From positions 124,001 to 188,000 of the forward strand of contig OZ374561.1 in the NCBI GenBank assembly GCA_977862235.1: DNA of 64,000 nt. Reading direction: 5' to 3'. Every line of letters begins with the position of its first letter. Within the stretch, counting starts at the first letter, position 1. The notes below the pieces were generated by a model, which worked only from the letters and a program-made list of their open reading frames with translations, ran no database searches and was not told where the DNA came from. This stretch comes from Dudresnaya verticillata (taxonomy: Eukaryota). This document shows, piece by piece, positions 34,343 through 45,341 of this stretch. The position numbers were made by a program, and so were the translations under genes.

Positions 34343-34993
34343 ATGACCTCCGAGGGCGCAATGTACTCATCCGCCCTGCCTGCGCCGGACCCCGTCGCTA
34401 CCCCCACCACCGTCGCCCCGCCTGTCTCGGTCGCCACTAGCGCACCCACCGCCATCGCCCCGCCGCCCGTCTCGGCCGCCCAGCCGGCCGCTGTTGCCGC
34501 GGCCGCTGCCACCGCCGCCGCCGCCGCCGCCGCTGCAATTGCACAGCCAACCTCGGTGGCAGTCGCCGCCGCCCAGCAGCAACAGCAGCAGCAACCCCCC
34601 GCGGACCCAAAGCCCCACATTGTTGCGCAGCCCCAGTCAGCACATGCCGCCGTCGCTGCTGCTGCCGCCGCGGGCGCACAGCAGATGGCGCCTATGGCCG
34701 CGTTTGGCGGCTACGCCCCGGGCATGGTCTTCGCCACCCCAGATGCCGCCGTTATGGAGGACCAGCCCACCTATGTCAATCCCAAGCAGTATGCCCGCAT
34801 TCTGAAGCGCCGCGAGAGCCGCAAGAAGCAGACTGGCACGGATGTCACCAGCTACACCCCTAGGAAGCGTTCGTATATGCATGAGAGCCGTCACAAGCAT
34901 GCCATGCAACGCCGCCGAGGGCCTGGTGGCCGGTTTTTGTCGAAGGAGGAGCGCGAGGCCATCAAGGAGACCGCTACCACGGCTGGGCAATGA
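34343..34993 (+). CDS. NFYA: Nuclear transcription factor Y subunit A (CCAAT-binding, HAP2/CBF-B)
   Basis: ATG at 34343, 216 aa. PTYVNPKQYARILKRR and YMHESRHKHAMQRRRGPGGRF are the NF-YA A1 and A2 helices; Ala/Gln-rich N-terminus. Confidence 0.96.
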   Translation: MTSEGAMYSSALPAPDPVATPTTVAPPVSVATSAPTAIAPPPVSAAQPAAVAAAAATAAAAAAAAIAQPTSVAVAAAQQQQQQQPPADPKPHIVAQPQSAHAAVAAAAAAGAQQMAPMAAFGGYAPGMVFATPDAAVMEDQPTYVNPKQYARILKRRESRKKQTGTDVTSYTPRKRSYMHESRHKHAMQRRRGPGGRFLSKEEREAIKETATTAGQ

Positions 34994-36146
34994 GCAGTCG
35001 CGTGTTGTCCCACGCATCTTCTTGCGTGTTTCAACAGCACTATGGCTGCCCTACAATCTACCTTCTCTCCAGACTTGCCACCCCCGTCCCTGGCCCAAGC
35101 CATCTCTTTTCATCCCCCTGTGTCTCTTGCACACCTAGCTACCCCAATCTGGCTTTTTCGCACATGCATCGCTTGCTTCGTCGCTTCGCCTTTGACGTTT
35201 GAGTTTGCGACTGCCGTCAGCCGTGTCGTCCACGCACTGCTGCTGTCTTTTTTCTCTTCTCTTTTACCTTCCGAAGAATTGTCGCTTCATCTGTCTGTAC
35301 CCCATACTGGCCTTTTGCTCATGTACTCTATCGAGATGGATGCACTTCAACACGGGAGCTCGTTTCTCTGTAACCGTCGCAATCTCACCGTGCTTCAATG
35401 GCGCATTGGCAAAGTGGGACTCAATGTTTCGTGCACATATGCTGTCGCCCTTCATTCTCATTGCGTCCGCTGCAAAAACAACCTGCATAGCGTGCCCTTC
35501 CTAACCGCTTTGAACGCCGTCTACCACTCGTCGTGCTGCCTCATTGTACACAGTGGTAACCCGACTGACTGGCCCTGCCGCGATATGTCGGCTGTGTGCC
35601 TGTGTAAATACCTCTTTCTCATTCTGTCGCCCTTTCTCTCGGTCTCGATCGCTCGCTCTCACACACCCACTCACCCTCTCTAGAGCGCGTTTGTGGACGT
35701 TGTGCTTGGGTCTCCAAGAGTTGTTTCTAAAGAAGCTGGCATCGTTCCACATCTGCATCCAGAACCAGTTGTATGGGGAGATATGTGCGTATATGGCGCC
35801 CACAGAGGCATGCTGTCCGCTGTCAAGAAACCGGCTTCGCCGGCAGCTGCGGCCGATCTTTATGTCATCATAACCTTTTCATCCAGTGTCCATATTTGTT
35901 GGACGTGGCCCATTCTGAACAGTGGAGTACGATCGGCCTCTCTGCCGTCCTGGTCCTTGTATAAGAGTCCCTTGTTTGCGGAGTGTCCGGCTTACCTCTT
36001 TGTAAAATTGGTAGAAGTTAGTCGTCATGAAAGTTACGGGTGCCGTTTGCACTCGCTTGCCTATCTCCACGTGCTCGCGTTGGGTACTGTAACAAACAAA
36101 ACAAAGTTGATACGGCAGGCGATGACTGTACATGGTTTACCCCACA

Positions 36147-37133
36147 CTACGCTGTTTGCATCATGACAATTTCCTCCTCCCCAACAGCAGTCCAGTGCTG
36201 GCGACGCACGTCACCAGGTGCAGCACCTGCGTTTGGTGGATGCCCCTTTCTCCGAAACGCAAACGCAGTGTACAAATAGATCGCATCCCACTCATCGTGG
36301 GACATTGTCCCAGTCTCATCAACGACTTTCATCGTAAAGAACAGATCTCGAAACTCGGGATGCTGCTCTGACGCAAACTCAGTGTAGAAGTCGTGGAAGT
36401 TGCAATGCATTAACAGCTCCAGATCATACTCCAACGCCAGCTTCTCAAAGCTAGGAAAGTGCACCAGAAACTCCGGGCAATCCTCAACATTTTGGTCCAG
36501 GGTAAAAAAGTAGCGGATCCCGTACGGGTTGCCCTTCTTGAACTGCTTGTTTGAAAATGGTTCGTCCAACTTGACGCGGAAAACATTCGAGCTTATCTCG
36601 ACTCCATCCACTGCACGCAACTTTCGCACCAGGACGTTGGAGTCCACAGTCGTACCGATGAAAAAACCGCCCGGCCTAAGACGGTCTGAAACATTCCTCA
36701 GCAGCGTTCTTACGCGCTGCTCCGATTCAAACGCATAATGCATGGCAAATTGGCAGCTGACGATATCGAACATAGCATCCGGCTGGAGGTAGTTGCTTAG
36801 TGAAACTGAGAAGCAGTCTCCAACCAACAGGACAGGGCGAAATGTAGCGTCCTTGAGTGAGTTGTAGCGCTCTGCGAGGGTTTTCACGGACACCTCCGAG
36901 ACGTCACAGGCGACATAGTCCGTGCAGCCGACGGCGATCCACTTTTGCAGGTCGCCACCTTTCCCGCAGCAAAGGTCCAGGACGGAGTATCCCGGCCTCG
37001 CATGCAGCTTGATGAGGACGCTCTTCAGCCAATTGTTGAACTGGCGCATGTGGTAGATACGGCTGCGCTTCCGGCCTTGCCGGCCTTCGTTGCGGCGCTC
37101 ATTGTAGTGAGTTGCGACGTGGTTACTGTCCAT
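36147..37133 (-). CDS. RNMT: mRNA cap guanine-N7 methyltransferase
   Basis: VATHYN, FNNWLKSVLI, VLDLCCGKGGDLQKW, FDIVSCQFAMHYAFESE, LRPGGFFIGT, DCPEFLV. Confidence 0.96.
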   Translation of the reverse strand: MDSNHVATHYNERRNEGRQGRKRSRIYHMRQFNNWLKSVLIKLHARPGYSVLDLCCGKGGDLQKWIAVGCTDYVACDVSEVSVKTLAERYNSLKDATFRPVLLVGDCFSVSLSNYLQPDAMFDIVSCQFAMHYAFESEQRVRTLLRNVSDRLRPGGFFIGTTVDSNVLVRKLRAVDGVEISSNVFRVKLDEPFSNKQFKKGNPYGIRYFFTLDQNVEDCPEFLVHFPSFEKLALEYDLELLMHCNFHDFYTEFASEQHPEFRDLFFTMKVVDETGTMSHDEWDAIYLYTAFAFRRKGHPPNAGAAPGDVRRQHWTAVGEEEIVMMQTA

Positions 37134-38014
37134 GTCGTGCTTCTAGAAAGTGTTGTAATACACAGGGTAACAACGCCTTCCTGCTTCGTTGCTTGGGAAA
37201 GAGTGGGTTAGGGGGAAGGGGAGAGGTAGAGGAGGTTGCTGGGGCGGGTCTTCGCTTGAAATACAAAGGTGTCCTCGGAGTGATAACCCATGGAGAGCAA
37301 AGTGTGGGATCAAGTTCAAAATTTTAATCATACAGCCGTATGTCAAACGCGCCATACAACCGCTCAGAGCCCAACGGCCTGTTGCGGTTGGTCAGCTCTA
37401 TGCCGATCGCCTCCCCTTGTGCGCTTGTTGGACAGCACAGCTCCGAATGTCATCCCGAATGTCCGCAGCGCGATGCGCGGAGAGAACCAAGTTGGTGGGA
37501 AACTGGCCGTCGTGCGCGGGTGGAATAGTAGAGGGGGAACGGGGCTCTCGCGTTGATGTTCCCACAAGCTGCACCGCGACGACCTGATACTCCCGAGTTT
37601 TGATACCAGTTTACTGCATATCTACACATTGCACGAGTGCAAAATTGACCGACAAGACGGATCAAGCAGTTGACAAAGAAAGTGCATGATGCAGCTGTGC
37701 ACGAAGAGACGGCAAAACCACGGTCGGCACAGTACATACAACCCAAAATGAAACTTTTCGCCCAGCACGAAGCGAAAGTCTGACACTTCACGATAAAAGC
37801 AATGTTGAGTCCCCGTCGCTTGCTCTTTGAGGGCGGGAAACCAAACGAAGAAAAGAAGTTACAGTAACGAATGGCCAGAACCGGAGCGAACGGCAAACTG
37901 CTTGTATAACAACGCAACCCTCACGATAGCCGCAATGGGGCGGCCTAAACCTAAACAGTTCCAAGCCCCACAGTTCCCGTCGGTCCCGTCCAGCGCCGGC
38001 CACCATAGTTTCCA

Positions 38015-38383
38015 CTACTCCAATACATCAAGCTCATGCTCAGACAAGTGCGCCCGAAACTTGGGGTGAGACTCGAAGAAGTTGACAACAAATGGAGCAG
38101 TGGCCGACATTTCCACGCCATCCTGCATGGAGATGTCCCGCTCAACGACGCCCTCGAAGCCCTTGATGTCGACGCCCTTCATCTTGTCGCCGGGATAGTG
38201 GTACATTATAATCGAGCTGTTGACGCGCACCCGTGTCCCCACCTGAATTGCCATGGCCGGTTCGGACGCTGAGTCTGCCAGACGTGCAGCCATGCACATA
38301 CGGACGCTGCTGCGACATCGAGGCGCGCGGCTCTGCGTGACGCGCGGCAGCCCCAGGGCACTCACGAATGCTGCGTCGCGCAT
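38015..38383 (-). CDS. ftrV: Ferredoxin-thioredoxin reductase variable (alpha) chain, plastid-targeted
   Basis: ATG at 38383 (MRDAAFV), 122 aa; Arg/Ser-rich transit peptide; VGTRVRV...MYHYP...DIKGFEGVV...SATAPFVVNF...KFRAHLSEHEL. Confidence 0.9.
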   Translation of the reverse strand: MRDAAFVSALGLPRVTQSRAPRCRSSVRMCMAARLADSASEPAMAIQVGTRVRVNSSIIMYHYPGDKMKGVDIKGFEGVVERDISMQDGVEMSATAPFVVNFFESHPKFRAHLSEHELDVLE

Positions 38384-39338
38384 GTCGGTTGCCAAGCTTA
38401 ACACGCCCTGGTGCGGGGGATGAGAAGAGATACGGTGCGGCGTAGACTCATCAAGCGGATGGGCGATGAAGTTGGGTACTACCGATGGGAGGTCGGCCGC
38501 CGGCGAGGCACAAGCGAGATATAGGCTGCCGGTGTTGGAGGCGAATGGCCGAGATACGGACAGATAGGCAAAAATGCAGGTGGAACATTGGTAGCGCCAC
38601 GACCCGGCGCACCCCTCCGATTGGCAGCGCCGCCGCCTCCCAGTGGCCACTGGTCCAAATCCTCACCATTCCAATCGGTGTGGCCCACTTGGCGTGCGAG
38701 TGGCCCTGAGCTGGCCCTAGGTGTCCTGCTCTACTTTTTGCCGATCAGATGGATTCGGCTATGTTTCTTTAGATTCTGTTCTCGCCTGCTGCAACATTGT
38801 TGGCATGACCGAGGGAGATCTTGGCGACGGTCCGGCTAGCTGTTATCGCTTTCAACGAACGCGGTAATCTCAGGCTTAGCTTGGCGTGGCTGCGCCAGTT
38901 ATCTACCGCAACTTTGACAGACCTCCCTCAGTAGTATCATCGCCTAGTACGTGATTCGGGTCACTCTAGTCACAGACTGCTGCAAAGTATCATGTCCTGC
39001 CGTTTATTGGTCTCTTCAGAATAATGGACCGTCCAGACCTTCTTTTGGGTGGCATGATGCCGGAACGTCACCAACCGTATCAGATGCGGTTCAGTTGCGT
39101 GCAGCCCTACGGTTGAACCAAGTGTGTCTCGCTCTCCCAGATGCTGCTCTCGTCACTCGCTCACACCGTCGGGTAGGGCTCACCTACTAACGAGGATTGC
39201 TGAGAATGTTTCTCCGGACCTCCTGTTGACAGTACTGCCTCTGACAACGAAGAAATGTTACCAAGGCACCTATACCTGTTGACGACTCCCTACGTAACAT
39301 TCAATATGGCGGCTGTTTTGTTGCAGAATGGGCAACTT

Positions 39339-41648
39339 TCAAGTCTCTTTCAACTCCCCGCTCCCAAAGGCCCGAATCATCTTCCCAACCTCTCCTTCCC
39401 ACTTGGCACGCCGCTCGTCTGTGCTACGAATTTGCTGTTCCAGCTTCTCAATCCGTTCTTCACTCCTGGAAAGAGACTTGAGGAACTTTTCTATCAGCGG
39501 GTCATCACGGAATCTCTGCGAGTCCTGCAAACCGGAAAGGGACTGTAAGTTTTGCCGATATCGCTTCTGGCTCATCTCCCAGCTTCTCACTTCGCTTTCC
39601 AATACGGAAATCTCGTTTTCAGCGCTTTGGCTCTTGGCTGCCATCTGCATGACCTCCTTCATCTTCGATACGGTAGCCTGACTAAGAGCCCCGTCTTTGG
39701 TGAGTTCAATGATGCCTTTCGTCGTGCAGTACTTGCGGATCTTATACGAAGAGGATATTTGCTTTGTGGCACGCACCACCAGAGTCGCGGTACGGCCTGA
39801 TGAGACTGTGAAGCGATACCGCACTATTCCGTCTATCTCATCGAGTGCCTTCAGGTCCGTTTCCGATCCAACGCCCATACTGGAGCTTGCCTGTGCTTCG
39901 TCACTGCGTGTAACCCTTAGGACTACCGATTGCACCTTGAACAGTGGTTCAAGGTCATGCAAGACGTACAAGTCAATATCATCGGGTTTGTTATTATTGA
40001 ATGTGTAGGACTTGACCGATTCACGATAGCGTGTAATCTTAAAGGAGTGGCCAACGGCAACCGTTGAAATGATCTTGCTGTCTTGCTCCGCTGTTTTCAA
40101 CTCTGCAATACAATCCAGGTCAACACTGTATGGCAGAAACTGCTCGCTGCTTGGGCGACAAGCAGGCATCATGCCCTCACCAACTAGCCTTGACTTCTCA
40201 AAGACAGAGACCGGCCCTCCCTCAAAGGTCGCATCGGTTGTGTTCTTGATACGCACAGCAGAGAGCGTGTTGTTGGGTCGCACCGTATGGGAGTAGATAT
40301 CGACTCGACCGCCCTCACATTGCTGCATGATGAGTGGGACAAGAGCTGACTCTTGAGCCTTAATGGTGACCTTAACCGGAATGTTGTACTCGAACAAATC
40401 TCCCACTTCTGATGTTTCTGCTGGTGGAGGTGCACTGCTGAGAAGCGTCTCTTGGTTCAGATGATCACCGCCGAAGAGGGAGATTGGGCCAGATTGAGCA
40501 GGAGACATGCCATCGTCGAACAAATCGAAGGATATTTCCTCTTCTTCCTCAGCCATTTCCTCTTCTTCCTCGGAGCTTGTCAACTCGCCTTGCCGCGAGA
40601 AGTTGCTTGCATGGCCCCCTCCACGGCCACGGTCACGGCTACGGCTGAAAGTGCGTTTCGCTAACGTCAATTTCTTTTTGCGCACTCCTGCCTGTCCAAA
40701 CGTGGCTTCAGACGGCTTGGAGTAACCCGGCCCGGTCGCCGTAGGAACCTCCTCCTCAGGCCTGTCAACATACCTCGAGCCATACAGGTCATGCCGAAAA
40801 GAGATAGGCAGGCCGCTGACAATGGCTATGTCTATATCGGTGAGGTCTTCATCCGACGGATTGTCAACGATAGCCCACCCTTGGACGAGTACACCGTCTT
40901 CTTTCGCTGCATTTCCTTCTGATCTCGCTGATGAGAGCAGGAAGCGATAAGTCAGCTTCGGCACAGGGCTCTCGACTGCGTAGTTGACAAGTATGGTTCG
41001 CTTGCCGTTGCCCTTGGCAGAAATGGTAACGCTTTTGTTGTTCTTCGAGCGTAGAGTGCTCATACACGATTGCACGCGGCGCTGTAGAAGGCGTTGCAGC
41101 TGTCTATCGTGGAATTCAATCGAAACGAGGTGGGTAACATCGTGACATGACAATCGGGCCCCGTCTCTCAACAAGACAATATTGAGCGTTTTGTTCGACG
41201 GGTCGAGGTCACTGTCTGCTGAAGAGGTCGGTGGCTGGCGCAGAAGCGATACGGAACGGGCACCTGAGGAGTCAGACGAGGGGAGCCACTGCAGTCCTAA
41301 TAAGGTTCCTCTGGCCTCGTCATGCCGTAGGCGGAGTGTAATGGACGCGCCTTGCGCGGACTCTAGGAGAGACCGTAGTGGGCTTTCTGGGTCGAGGCGG
41401 AGAGTTTCTTTTGAGAGTGGCCTCCGGTCGGAAGGGGCGTCATATGAAATAGACGCGATCTTTCCATCGTTCTTGTCCACGACGGTCAAAGACTTGAGGA
41501 TATCGTTCATGTGACGTTCTGGAAAAGATAGGTGCAGAGTTGTGTCATCTTTAACTTGCGTGCAATGTTCTAGATTGGCGACGCCATGCGAGAAAAGGGT
41601 GAGCTTGGTGACGGGCAAGGAAGGCGATGGGGACGTTGAGTCACTCAT
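39339..41648 (-). CDS. DUF4139/DUF4140-type protein, copy 1
   Basis: 769 aa. LPVTKLTLFSHGVA, MNDILKSLTVVD, QGWAIVDN.SDED, SG.PISF..DLY, GDLFEY.I...VTI, EGGPVSV and a C-terminal coiled coil match the bacterial-type DUF4139 layout. Confidence 0.8.
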   Translation of the reverse strand: MSDSTSPSPSLPVTKLTLFSHGVANLEHCTQVKDDTTLHLSFPERHMNDILKSLTVVDKNDGKIASISYDAPSDRRPLSKETLRLDPESPLRSLLESAQGASITLRLRHDEARGTLLGLQWLPSSDSSGARSVSLLRQPPTSSADSDLDPSNKTLNIVLLRDGARLSCHDVTHLVSIEFHDRQLQRLLQRRVQSCMSTLRSKNNKSVTISAKGNGKRTILVNYAVESPVPKLTYRFLLSSARSEGNAAKEDGVLVQGWAIVDNPSDEDLTDIDIAIVSGLPISFRHDLYGSRYVDRPEEEVPTATGPGYSKPSEATFGQAGVRKKKLTLAKRTFSRSRDRGRGGGHASNFSRQGELTSSEEEEEMAEEEEEISFDLFDDGMSPAQSGPISLFGGDHLNQETLLSSAPPPAETSEVGDLFEYNIPVKVTIKAQESALVPLIMQQCEGGRVDIYSHTVRPNNTLSAVRIKNTTDATFEGGPVSVFEKSRLVGEGMMPACRPSSEQFLPYSVDLDCIAELKTAEQDSKIISTVAVGHSFKITRYRESVKSYTFNNNKPDDIDLYVLHDLEPLFKVQSVVLRVTRSDEAQASSSMGVGSETDLKALDEIDGIVRYRFTVSSGRTATLVVRATKQISSSYKIRKYCTTKGIIELTKDGALSQATVSKMKEVMQMAAKSQSAENEISVLESEVRSWEMSQKRYRQNLQSLSGLQDSQRFRDDPLIEKFLKSLSRSEERIEKLEQQIRSTDERRAKWEGEVGKMIRAFGSGELKET

Positions 41649-43106
41649 TTTTGTGCTATCCTTGCCAAGTTTGTGTGAGATTGAAGGGCTGTGGGGATCT
41701 TTCGTTTGCTGCGAGACTGGTGGTGGTTGTCAGCCTCTTTCGTTTTGTTCGATGAAGTATCCTTCCCTAGGTAACACTCTTTGTCATCGCTTTAGGGTTT
41801 TAGGGGGCTGGGCCCGTGCACAACCCGCGAGATTTATCCACCAGGGTCGGTCAGGTCTCGGCACCGTGGACGATCGCTCGCCGAGTACATGCTCTACGGT
41901 TTCCAACCAGCGCAGCATCCGGGGCAAGCGCAGAACACGGAGGCGTGGCATGCACCTTGCTGTCGGCTGGTCTCAGATCAAGAGGCGGTGCTTGCAACCC
42001 GAGCTGAATAACCGCCGACTGGCACAAGTCGGCGGTTATCAGCATACCACTAGTACGTTACTGGTCCATCCCAGATCCTCAAACGCTATGCTGTAATGTA
42101 CTGTACCCTACATGCATATGTGTAAGAATATGTTCATCTCACACCGCGCTTTGGCACCCCGCAATTCGGTATTAATCTGGTGCGTATTAGGCAGATCAGA
42201 ACCTGCCCAATCAGGGCTGACCGACCTAAGGATCAAGGAACACAGTCGACACCACTTCCCAGATCATATCTTCTGTGCAACCTTTTCTTGACATCATTGC
42301 ATTATTTGCCAACCAACTCCGACCATGGTCAAGTTGTGAACGAGTCCCTTGCGCCGGTCTCGTGTAGTTTCCCGATTAAGCTTGAGAAGCTCTCGTTGCG
42401 CTTTGCAATAATTTTACCGTTGCAGCGCGCTCTTCGCAGTGCTTTCAACTGCTGTGGAATTGTTTGTAACATGTTATACAATGTTACTCCTAGGGGCGGA
42501 CGAGGTACGTTACAGTGCTCTGCAGTGAGTTTCGAGCGCCTTCACGTCGAATAACTTGGTGATCCCAGGCAGTCCATCAGATCGTGCTATTCCCCAGAGA
42601 ATGCCGTAGAGCTTGCGCAGTTGCTACAATGCTCTCTCACGTGAGGATATGGGGTGACAACGCGACAATGGTAGAGTCCAGCAATGATTGCAAGAACGGA
42701 GGCCCCTGCGCCAGGGCAAAGCCCCGGGTTTATTTTGTTGCGAAGCTGCTGCTAGATGCGCCAATTGCGCTTGTACGTCGGGTGCTTGTCGAGATAATCG
42801 AAAGGCGTGTACTTCGCAATCAAAGCAGCTCAAAGTTCTGGTAATGGGGCAAACTTTCTAGCGCATCTCGTTCGGCGCTCGTAAAGATCCCGGAGCTGAC
42901 CCCGGGCAGTTCAAGAAGGCAAAGACACGCATTCATCTTAACTATTGAAGAAGCCCTACGCTTCGGATATCTTCGCGCAAATGCGACTTTATGTACGTGC
43001 TTGACCTATACCCCAATCCCCATGTCGACCAGATATATGTTTCCTGCTGGTCGTACTCCCATTAACATTTTCGGAAGCACTATCACTAAACCTCGAGATA
43101 CTACTG

Positions 43107-45341
43107 CTACATCTCCTGAAGCTGTCCGTTCCCGAAACCGTTGACAACCTTCTGCAGAACCTGTGCTTCCAATTTTTCAAGATTCTCCGAAACGGCATGA
43201 GCTTTTCTCGTCAACACTTCAATCTGCTCCTCGCTCCCCGCTAAAGATTTGAGGAATTTCTCAATCAGAGGGTCATCGCGGAAGCGCTGTGAATCCTGCA
43301 GACCGCCGAGCGATCGCAAATTTTCTCTGTAGCGTTGCTGCGATGATTCTTCCTTACTAGTCAGTCCCATAATGCTTTTCTGCTCCCTACGCAGGTTTGC
43401 AATTTGTGCTTCCAAACCGAGGATTTCCTTCATCTTCTCAGCTGTCTTCTTACTGATTGCCCCATCGCGTTGCAAGATGACAATGTCGGAGGTTGAACAA
43501 GACTTCCGGATGGAGTGCTTCGATAGCTTGTCCCTTGTGTCACGGACTTCCAATGTAGCAATATTGCCTGCTGGGATGGTGAAGCGATACCGAGCGATGC
43601 CTTCTCGAATGTCAATTGGCTTGAGTTCGACCACATCTGCCCTATTCGTATCCATACTGCCCTGTGCTTCACATGGCCGTGGTGCAACTAGTAGTCCAGC
43701 TTTCCCGAGTGCAAAGAGCTTTTCTTTCTCGTGCAATACGTACAAATCGATATCATCCGGTTTGTTATTCGTAAACTCATACACCTTGATAGATTCTCGA
43801 TGGCGTGTTACCTTGAAGTAGCCCCCTACAGCGAATGTAGAAACAACCTCCCCACTTAGTTCGCTTGTTGTACGTTGCACAAGACAATCCAAGTCAACGC
43901 TGTATGGCAAGAACTGCTCACTGTTCGGGCGACAAGCAGACATCATGCCCTCCCCGACCAATCTTGATCCGTCATAGACAGAGACAGGTCCACCCTCAAA
44001 CGTTGCGTCAGTGGTGTTCTTGATACGAACAGCGGAAAGTGTGTTGGTCGGTCGCACCTTATGAGAGTACACATCGACGCGACCTCCTTCACATTGCTGC
44101 ATAATAAGCGGCACAAGAGCGGACTCTTGCCCCTTGATTGTGACCTTAACAGGGATATTGTACTCAAAGAGATCTCCTAGCTCATCTGTTTCAGCAGCTG
44201 GAGGCGCGCTGCGCATACGGCCAGTGAGATCGTTATCGTCTTCCACAGCACGAGCAGCTCCTCCGAATCCAACCAACGTGGACCCCGTCTGAGGTCCACC
44301 TCCAGCCCCAATGGACCTCGTCTGAGGTCCAACTCCTCCCGTAGCCGGTGGAGGCATGGCCATTATGGCTGGCATTACGGCGTCTGCCGCTGCCGTTCTC
44401 GGGTGCGCAGCCCTAATAGTCCTCGAACGACCCCTGCCTCTCCCGAACGTAGCATTTGATGGCTTGGCATACCCAGGCCCGCTCGCAGTTGGTACTTCTT
44501 CCTCAGGTCTTTCTACATATCTCGCGCCATACAAGTCATGCCGGAATGAAATAGGCAAACCGCTCACGATGGTCACATCAATATCCACCAGGTCTTCGTC
44601 AGATGGGTTGTCAACTATAGCCCATCCCTGTACAAAGACCCCTGTCTCTGTTTGCTTTTCCAAGCTGCTCGGTAGAAGGAAACGATACGTTTGTTTCGGC
44701 ACAGGGCTCTCCACTGCGTAGTTGATGACAACGGTACGCTTTCCATCGCCCTTGGCCGTGATCGTGACGCTTTTGTTGTTCTTCGAGCGCAGCGTAGTGA
44801 GTGCAACACGCATTCGCCGATGCAGCAAACGCTGCAGTTGCTCGTCGTGGAATTCCAAAGAAAGCAGCTCGGTCATATTGTGCGAGGAGACCCGCATGTT
44901 TTCTTGAAGCAACACGACGTTCAGTGTCTGGTTCGATGTCAGGCTATTATCGCCCGTCGAAGACGTGGACGGTAGCCATTGAAGGCCCAGCAATGTCCCA
45001 ATGACTGGGTCGCGATGGCGCAGTCGCAGAGTGACCAACGCGCCCTGAGCTGATTCGAGCAGCGTCTTCAACGGACTGTTACGGTCCAGACGGAGCGTAT
45101 CCTCAGTGAGGGCCCTTCTATCAGACGGTGCCTCATAGGAGATGGAAGCGATTGTTCCGTCGTTCTTGTCTACAACAGTTAGAGTCTTGAGTACGTCGTT
45201 CATGTGGCGCTCCGGGAAGGACAGATGCAGGGTAGCGTCATCCTCCACTTCTGTCGAGAGTTCCAGATTGGCGACCCCATGGGAGAAGAGCGTCAGCTTG
45301 CGGACACGCAAGTCCTGGGATGGATGTGCGGCGGCGTCCAT
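43107..45341 (-). CDS. DUF4139/DUF4140-type protein, copy 2 (tandem paralog)
   Basis: First ATG at 45341 (the ORF-track start at 45389 is TTG), 744 aa; long identical blocks with copy 1. Confidence 0.8.
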   Translation of the reverse strand: MDAAAHPSQDLRVRKLTLFSHGVANLELSTEVEDDATLHLSFPERHMNDVLKTLTVVDKNDGTIASISYEAPSDRRALTEDTLRLDRNSPLKTLLESAQGALVTLRLRHRDPVIGTLLGLQWLPSTSSTGDNSLTSNQTLNVVLLQENMRVSSHNMTELLSLEFHDEQLQRLLHRRMRVALTTLRSKNNKSVTITAKGDGKRTVVINYAVESPVPKQTYRFLLPSSLEKQTETGVFVQGWAIVDNPSDEDLVDIDVTIVSGLPISFRHDLYGARYVERPEEEVPTASGPGYAKPSNATFGRGRGRSRTIRAAHPRTAAADAVMPAIMAMPPPATGGVGPQTRSIGAGGGPQTGSTLVGFGGAARAVEDDNDLTGRMRSAPPAAETDELGDLFEYNIPVKVTIKGQESALVPLIMQQCEGGRVDVYSHKVRPTNTLSAVRIKNTTDATFEGGPVSVYDGSRLVGEGMMSACRPNSEQFLPYSVDLDCLVQRTTSELSGEVVSTFAVGGYFKVTRHRESIKVYEFTNNKPDDIDLYVLHEKEKLFALGKAGLLVAPRPCEAQGSMDTNRADVVELKPIDIREGIARYRFTIPAGNIATLEVRDTRDKLSKHSIRKSCSTSDIVILQRDGAISKKTAEKMKEILGLEAQIANLRREQKSIMGLTSKEESSQQRYRENLRSLGGLQDSQRFRDDPLIEKFLKSLAGSEEQIEVLTRKAHAVSENLEKLEAQVLQKVVNGFGNGQLQEM

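Noticed and set aside
31801..34346. ORFs of 300-445 aa (31801..33138, 32112..33125, 33122..34312, 33216..34346)
   Set aside because: They translate microsatellites and CG runs, show no domain motifs and overlap each other in all frames.
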